A DNA stretch of 64,000 nucleotides. It comes from Octopus sinensis (Eukaryota). The first letter of the stretch is position 1. The number at the start of each line of letters is the position of its first letter. The notes under the pieces were generated by a model. The model was not told the origin of the DNA and made no database searches. It worked only from the letters and a program-made list of their open reading frames with translations. Shown here piece after piece: positions 54,886 to 64,000 of this stretch. Made by a program: the position numbers and the translations under genes. The stretch is from the NCBI RefSeq assembly GCF_006345805.1, contig NC_043023.1:12834001-12898000 (forward strand). The letters are read 5' to 3'.

Positions 54886-55159
54886 GTAAGAGTTAGCACT
54901 TCCTTCTCTAAGCTTGGATTCGAAATCGAGTCCAAGAATCATCGGTCGTCAAACACCGATGCATGTATAGGCGCGAAATTAAGAATCCCTTTGTCCTGAC
55001 ATTGCTCAGGTCGGAGGTCAAAGGGAGATGATCAATCAGTTTTTCTCAGAACAAAGGGATTCTTAATTTCGCGCCTATACATGCATTGGTATTTGACGAC
55101 CGATGATTCTTGGATTCGATTTCGAATCCAAGCTTAGAGAAGGAACTGCTAACTCTTAC
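54886..55159. mobile_element. 274-bp foldback MITE, TSD ACCCTT
   Basis: Duplicate of 17600-17873. Confidence 0.8.
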
Positions 55160-55776
55160 ACCCTTGTATGTTTGTTTATATTCGCGAGTGCCCGCTCTCC
55201 GTATTTTATTTTAAAAAATCGATCAATCTTTCTAATTTTCTCCCTTATGTATTCTGGATATATTTCCCATTTCCTAACTTTTTCTCACAAGTAAGCGTCA
55301 TTATCTTGGAGAGGTGCGCGGTACTACTAGCGAACAGTGGTCCAGGTGCGCGCATCCGTGCTAGCTAGTCGTATGTAGTCGATCCTACGACTTTTTAACC
55401 CTAACCTTAGTTTGTTAACAAAAATAATGTATTTTCTTAGTTTTAAAGATTGTAGGATCGACTACTTACGACTAGCAAGCGCGGATACGCGAGTGCACGC
55501 ACCGGGACCACTGTTCGCTAGTAGTACCTTATTATTATTGGTATTATCATCATCATTACAGCCTTAAAATAAATCGTTGTCAACTTACCGTATTCAGATA
55601 CAAACAACGAGTCAACGATCGTTAATTAAGCACCTTAATTAATTAATTAAGGAAAGTTATATCCCTTTATATGGTTATAGTTCTTCAATTTTCTATGACT
55701 GGTTCGTTTCGTTCCTGTGTCTTCTTTGTCCCATTCTGTCAACGATTTTACCTTCAAGGTAATATAGAATATATAC

Positions 55777-55937
55777 ACTCACATATTCTAATCTACGACC
55801 GTTTCCAGCGCACGAACTGGACCCCGTCGCAGACACCGAAAGAAAGAAGGCATCTTTGACTTATATCTTCCTGATGTGACGTCAGGCCGTTGCACTTTCC
55901 ATCCGTTTCTGACGTCATTTTCTCTCCTGTCCAATCA
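55777..55937 (-). promoter_or_regulatory. Putative promoter/exon 1 of ZF-B'
   Basis: TGACGTCA at 55877 and 55910, CCAAT at 55931, donor at 55782. Confidence 0.55.
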
Positions 55938-58900
55938 TTGTCCTTCCTTCACACTTCTCTCTCATCTAAAGAACAATGCTTGGATACCTCTTGGGGATCT
56001 TTTCGGTTTGACCGGCAGTTTTTTAAAATAATTTCCACGTAACTAAACACTTTTAAACTTCGTATACTGGTAGAATGTGTTTATAAAACATTTTTCTCTT
56101 GGCTTTATTGAGAAGATTCTATAGTTTGTAAGATATTTGGGATCTTTTCGGTTTGAACGGCAGTTCTTAAAAAGAATGTCCCCATGTTAGGGTTAGAAGT
56201 GGGGAGAAAAGGCTTTCTGTTATCTTCACAAATGTAAACAAAGTCACGTGTGTACTTATACATCGAAGCATCGCCTTATTATTTACTTTGTCTAAAAAAA
56301 AGAAGGATCTTTTTGGTTTGACCGGCAGTTTTTCTAGCTTCGTCATATGAAATTGTCACCCATAATTATGACCCTAGTATCGATCTATTGCATTTCAATC
56401 TGTGTTAGGGTAAGGGGTGGGGGAAGGGTATCTTTTTTTCTTCAAAAATGTAAATAAACCCAATCTGTTTCTTAAACGAGGGACATATTCATAAGGCACA
56501 TAATGTTTTTTTACCTCAATAGACGTCATTGATTGGTAGAAATTGCAGACAAAAAACAACAAATATGTTACAAACCACAGAATTTTCTCAATAAAGCCAA
56601 GGAAAAAGATGCTTCATAAATACATTCTATCTGTATACGAAGTTTAAAATTTTTTTAGTTACCTAGAAATTTAAAAACCTGCCGTTCATACCGAAAAGAT
56701 CCCCATTATTCCCAGAGAACAGTTGGCGAACCAGATGGCAGCACCAGGCCCGAATCTGATCTGGTAGAGTTTCTACAGCTGGTTGGTGTTAGGAAGGGCA
56801 TCCAGCTGTAGTAACTCTGCCAGATCAGATTGGAGCCTGGTGCTGCCTCCTGGTTCGCCAGTACTCAATCAAATCCTGCAACCCATGCTACAATGGAAAT
56901 CGGACGTTAAACGATGATGATGATGATGATCACAGTGATCTATTTTCTCTCATGTATAATTAAGTTGCTACTTTGAGAGAACCGTCAGTGGATGGAATGT
57001 AGTGTCTTGTGTTCGATATTCGAAGGTTGATTAATTCTTCCAATGACAACGGGGAGGGAAAAGATGGCCCCGCTCCCAACATAATGCACAATTACGAAAG
57101 GAAATAGAGAAGCGCTGGGATTTTTACCTTTCCACCTACAGATTTAAAAGATAATTCTTAAATCTGCTGAAAATTAGGAAGATTCATCATCATCATCATC
57201 ATCATTTAGCGTCCGTTTTCCATGCTAGCATGGGTTGGACGTTTCAACTGGGGTCTGTGAAGCTTGAAGGCTTCATCAAGCCCAGTCAGAGCTGGCAGTG
57301 TTTCTACAACTGGATGCCCTTCCTAACGCCAACCACTCCGTGAGTGTAGTGGGTGCTTCTTACGCGCCACCCGCACAGGTGCCAGACAGAGCTGGCAAAC
57401 GGCCACGAACGGATGGTGCTTTTACGTGCCACCGACACGGGGGCCAGACAGAGCTGGAAAACGGCCACGAATGGATGGTGCTTTTACGTGCCACCGACAC
57501 GGGGGCCAGACAGAGCTGGCAAACGGCCACGAACGGATGGTGCTTTTACGTGTCACTGGCACGGGGGCCAGGCGAGGCTGGCAACGGACACGAACGGATG
57601 GTGCTTTTACGTGCCACCGACACGGGGGCCAGGTGAGGCTGGCAACGGACACGAACGGGTGGTGCTTTTACATGCCACCGACACGGAGGCTAGACAGTGC
57701 GGTGCCGAAAACGACCACGATCGGATGGTTCGCTTAACCACAGCTGCAATTCCTACTGATGTTGATCGACCTCAATTTGGTTCTGCTTTCTGATATATGA
57801 ATTGATTTGGTTTGATTTTGATTTTGACTGTTCTCACTGGTCTTGCTAAGTCTTCCATTTTTAAAAGTATTTTATACTAACAAATAAAATATGGAGAACG
57901 GGCACTCGCGAATATAAACAGATCATGTCGTGTAGCCAGCTGTAGATGTCTCCTTAGGCTGAATTACATCAACATCTCTCTATATATAAATGGCCAAATG
58001 TCTGTCTGTGTGTGCGTGTCCTTTATACAAATCCCCAATTTTTCAGTTAGAGGGTTCGCACTTTCTATGGTCATTCAAAACCGTCCAAGGGTAGTCGTGC
58101 ACATCTTTACATTTCCCTAGTCACCCCGCAAAGCCATTAAAAAATCAATAGAACAAGGATCTCTGAACAAATAACAATATTTATTTTTCTGTCTGTACAA
58201 ACGTTACATCTCTGGACAATCAGTAGCTAGATCGCCTTGGTGCAGAAGCAGCAGAGACAGTTTAATCACGATTGTGAAGGCATACTTCACAGATTCGCTG
58301 AAGTCATGGATCGCCTTCAGAATTCCAGCCACACGGAGCTGGTCAAGTTGCGTCCGGCTTGGTTGGAAGCAGGGGCGAAGAGGGAGAGAGGACAGCGGTC
58401 AAGCGTAGCTGATGCTGATGACTGCACATGCGCATAGGGGGCTTCCGGCAAGCTCTTACTCCTGCACATGCGTGGTGAAAATCCTAAAATGGCGTCTGGG
58501 ACCAGGCGTCACTACAAGTCTCCCCCTTCAGTGCAGGGCATGAAAATAGAAAGTTTGTAGTGGCACCAGAAATAAGATGGCTACCGATTACTCAGAAGAG
58601 TTGGCACAAAATATGACAACTCAAAGAAAATGTAATCACAATATACATATAGGTGCAGGAGTGGCTGTTGGGTAAGTAGCTTGCTTACCAAACACATGGT
58701 TCCAGGTTCAGTCCCACTGCATGGCACCTTGGGTAATTATCTTCTACTATAGCCTCATGCCGACCAAAGCCTTGTGAGTGGATGTGGCAGACAGAAACTG
58801 AAAGAAGCCTGTTGTATAGATGTATATATATATATATGCATGTGTGTCTGTGTTTGTCCCCCTAGCATTGCTTGACAACCGATGCTGGTGTGTCTATGTC

Positions 58901-59624
58901 CCCGTCACTTAGCAGTTCGGCAAAAGAGACCGATAGAATAAGTACTGGGCTTAGTAAAGAATAAGTCCCGGGGTCGAGATGCTCTATTAAAGGCGGAGCT
59001 CCAGCATGGCCGCAGTCAAACGACTGAAACAAGTAAAAGAGAAAGAGAAAGAGAGAATAAGCATGCACAAAAAATTTTATTTTTACAAAATGTTTAATAA
59101 CAAAACATTGGAAATGTCCAGTACACAAAAGAACAGCTGTCTGTCACAGGAAACAATAGAGAATCCTCCTCATCATCATTGTATAACATCTGTTTTCCCT
59201 GCTAGCATGGGTTGGACGGTTGACTGGGGTCTGGGAAGCCAGGAGGCTGCACCAGGTTGCAGTCTGATCTGGTAGTGTTTCTACAGCTGGATGCCCTTCC
59301 TAAACGCCAACCACTCTGTGAATGTAGTGGATGCTTTTTACGTGCCACCGGCACATGGGCCAGGGGAGACTGGCAACGGCCATGATCGGATGGTGCGTTT
59401 TACGATCCACCAGCACTGGTATCACAGCTACAATTTCCATTGATGTTGATTGATTTCGATTTGGATTCTGATTCTCACTTGCCTCAACAGGTCTTCACAA
59501 GTAGAGTTTTGTGTCCCAAGAAGGAAAGCTATGCATAAGTGGACTGGCTACATCCCAGGTAGAGGCCATGGGTTATGGTCTCACTTGTCCTGCCGGGTTG
59601 TAATAAATTTTGATATTTATACGA

Positions 59625-60367
<743 letters not shown>

Positions 60368-63241
60368 TATGAGAGAATAATTTCGTTATACATATCACAA
60401 TGATAGTATCTGTTTCATTTCTATGAATGTTTGTGTTCAAATGCATCAGATAATAATTAAATGTTATGTTACTTTCATTGGTGATCTTGCTTAATATCTA
60501 AAACAGAAGATATAAATTGGTTAACTCTTTCGTAAAGTTACTCAAACTTAACCTGTAGGTTCATCATCATCTCTACATTCCAGATGGCAAAAAAAATGTT
60601 GCTCTTAATTCCATCATCCAGAAGAAATATTTCCCCATCGTTCGTCGAAGATTTTATTTATATAAAGAAGCTGATCTTTTGATGAATGTGTCTTATGAAT
60701 ATATGGTCTTCCTTTAATTGATGAAAGTCAATAAAAATATCAGACACACATCTGAATGAAGAAATTTCTTTTAAATCAACATGGTATGATATTCTGAAAT
60801 AGGAAAAAAGTTCATTTCTATGAATATATTTGTGTTGCTATTTTCAGAGAATAATTTAATGGTATGCTTCTTTCATCTGTGATTTTGCCTAATATTTAAA
60901 TCAAGGGGTGACAATTGTCTACCCCTTCGTAAAGTTATCCAAGCTTAATTAACCTGTAAAACAATCATCTCCTCTATATTCCAGACAGCAAAGACTTCAA
61001 ATTGTTGCTGTTAATTCCATCGTCCAGAAGAAATATTTTGCTGTTGTTTTTCACAGATTTCCTTTATAAGATGAGTTTGATGTATTGATAAATGCTCCTT
61101 ATAAATATATCATCTTCCTTTGGTTGATGGGAGCTGATAAAATATCAGAGGCACATCTGAATGAAGTAATTTCTTTCATATCAACAGGATGTTATATTCT
61201 GAAATAGGAAAAAAAAGAAGCAGTGAGATAAAGAGAATCATTAAACGACATAGTAATTCAACATTGCAAATCTTACAACATCAACACTGTCATCCATTTA
61301 ATGTCTATGTTTGCAGGGGTCAGAATCCATTGAGGCATTGAAACGTTTACAACATTCTGTATTGAGATTTCTCTATTGTTCTGCCTTGCCAAATATTTTG
61401 GTGAAGGGTTAAAGAAAATTTTGACAAGGATGGATCCAATCTACTTCATGCGTGCAAGATTCACTGCAAATATATTTGTATACACACACACATATATATA
61501 TAAGTATTAATAGAGGGACCAAATGTGGTCACTCTAACGCTAGAAATAGATCGGCAAAGGGAATCCACCACTAAAGAATTGTTCTCAAGCATTAATTCAA
61601 CACGCCAAGAATGTAAGCGGGCAGGACAAATGAAAAATAACGAAAAAATGGATTAACTCTATACAATTGTTTCATCGTTAATAGATTGTGTAATTTTACT
61701 TACAAATCATTTTAGAATCATCGGTAGAGTATATCAAAAACATAATTTGCTGAACCAAACGCCAAACTCCATACGAAATTGATGTTATTAATTAATATTC
61801 AATTTCTTTCACCCTTACACACACACATATATGTATACATAATAATACATATATATGCATAAATACATACGTATACGTACATACATGTTTGTTTATATTC
61901 GCGAGTGCCCGTTCTGCGTATTTTATTTTTTAGTATAAAATAGTTAAAAAAATAGATTAATAGTTCTAATTTTCTCTGGTACTATTTAATAAGAGTCGTC
62001 CCGGTGAGCGCACTCGAGCTAGTTAGTCGTGACTAGTCGATCCTACAACGACTACCTTGCAAAGTAATTAAAACGCAAAATAAATAATTTTTTGGTGATC
62101 CTTCGGTATAGGTACCGTGAGTGGCTTTGTTTACATTTCTGAAGATAACAGAAACCCTTTTCTCCCACCACTAACACAAACCTTAACCATAACCCTCCAT
62201 ATATATAAAAAAAAAGACACTTTCTTGAAATGTATCCGGTACCTATACCGAAGTTACGCTCATTTTTTCAAACAAAGAAAATAATTAAAAAAAAAAGTAA
62301 ATAAAACAAAAATACAAAGTAAGAATCGACTAGTCACGACTAGCTAGCGCGCCCACCGGGACCTCTCTTCTTAAATAGTACCCTTATATGTTTGTTTATA
62401 TTCGCGAGTGCCCGTTCTCCGTATTTTATTTTTTAGTATAAAATATTTAAAAAATAGATCAATCTTTCTAATTTTCTCCATACTTTATGTATTCTGGATA
62501 TATTTCCCATTTCCTAACTTTTTCTCACAAGTAAGCGTCATTATCTTGGAGAGGTGCGCGGTACTACTAGCGAAATTCAACGGTTTGTAAGATATTTGTT
62601 GTTGTTTTTTCTTCAATTTCTGCAATTTCAACCAATCACTGACGTGTATTGAGGTAAAAAACATTGTCTCGTATGAATATGTCTCTCGTTTAAGAAACAG
62701 ATTGTGTTTATTTACATTTCCGAAGAAAAAAAGTATCTTTTCGGTGTGAATTTTAAAATAATTCCGACGTAACTAAACACTTTTAAACTTCGTATACTGG
62801 TGAAAGTGTTTATAAAACATCTTTTTCTCTTGGCTTTATTGAGAAACTTCTATGGTTTGTAAGATATTTGTTGTTTTTTTTCTGCAATTTCAACCATTCA
62901 CTGACGTCTAATGAGGTAAAAAAAACATTCTGTGCGTTTAAGAAATAGATTGGGTTTAATTATATTCGTGAAGAAAAAAAATATACCCTTCCCCCCAACC
63001 CTAACCCTAACCCTAAAACAGATTGAAATGCAATAGATTGATACCAGGGTCGTAATTATGGGTGACAATTTCATATGGCACCACTAGAAAAAACTGCCGT
63101 TCAAACCGAAAAGATCCGTTTTCACTTCTATATGATTACTTTAACATTGAAGGGTTCACATAATCCCATTATTTACTGGCAGGGTCACTAGCACGCCAGA
63201 CAAAATGCTTCACAATATTTCGTTCGTCAATAGCTTTGTTG

Positions 63242-63812
63242 AGGGATCTTTTCCTTTTCAACGGCAGTTTTCAACACAATTTCTAGTTAACTAAACACTT
63301 TTAAACTTCGTATAACTGGTAGAATGTGTCAATTTAATTTTTCGAATTTTAACCAATCCTATGCCCTCTTTTTAGCTGAAGTCATTTGCCGCGTCTAAAA
63401 CTGAGTCAACATCCTGTCACTAACCTTAACCCTAACCCTCACCCTAAATTTTAGCCTTTCGGTTTTTTTTTCTTAATTGTTAAGTTAATTTAAGGATAAC
63501 AATTATAAAAAAAAAACGAAAGGCTAAAACGAAAGCAATGGAAAATAATTTAAACAATTAACAAAAAAATAATTCTATAGGATGTTGTCTCAGTTTTAGA
63601 CGCAGCAAATGATTTTAGCTAGATAGAGGTGATTCATTGGTTAAAATTCGAAAAATTAACCTACGTTAAACTTACAAATTACAAATTTCTCAAGAAAGCC
63701 AAGAGAAGAAAATGTTTTATTTTGACACATTCTACCAGTATACGAAATTTAAAACTGCTTAGTTAACTAGAAATTGTGTTGAAATCTGGCCATCAAAAGG
63801 AAAAGATCCTTG
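63242..63812. mobile_element. Nested palindromic MITE-like elements
   Basis: Outer arms at about 63242-63330 / 63720-63812; inner arms at about 63331-63415 / 63578-63658; CCCTAA-like motifs inside. Confidence 0.55.
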
Positions 63813-64000
63813 TTGAGCTATACATTAAAATAATCAGGAACAAGAGCGTGTCGGTGTATTGCTTATTTTGCTACACAGTGTGAGGGTGGCTACCATCGAC
63901 CATTTAATTCTCTAAGACACCTCTCTCGATTAAACAGACGTTCCATTTTTGCGGACGAACCACAGTGAAAATCCCTGTCTACTTTGCTCTCGAAGCAGGA

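Noticed and set aside
62996-63015. Telomere or chromosome-fusion scar
   Set aside because: Only about 3 repeats, embedded in a MITE arm that recurs throughout the window.
63830-64000. Unique sequence at the window end
   Set aside because: Too short and without recognisable motifs to call.

Overview
Eukaryotic, AT-rich animal genomic DNA. The repeat families (tRNA-headed SINE, (GAT)n-tailed SINE-like element, Helitrons, RTE LINE) and the finger consensus [20 protein letters not shown] fit an octopod cephalopod (Octopus-like) best; this assignment is an inference. The window is a tandem cluster of minus-strand C2H2 zinc-finger-only genes with ten loci. I label them ZF-0 relic, A, B, C, D, E, F, A', B' and C'. 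Five have open ORFs (B, C, E, F, B'); the others are frameshifted, headless or collapsed. The loci sit in repeated units, usually 10-12 kb: ZF exon, decayed upstream exon-like region, MITE-filled intron, non-coding exon 1 with a CRE/ETS/CCAAT promoter, then a TE-rich spacer. A block of about 14 kb (9.8-23.5 kb) recurs almost identically at 47.1-61.1 kb. The standout unexplained element is at 28799-30908, inside a (TA)n microsatellite in the presumed intron of ZF-E. It consists of 3.6 near-identical 491-bp tandem monomers plus an inverted segment. Each full monomer folds by hand into a complete type I hammerhead ribozyme, i.e. a retrozyme or Penelope-like pseudo-LTR array, in sense orientation to the host gene. 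All coordinates, pairings and counts were read by eye; no searches or folding programs were run.
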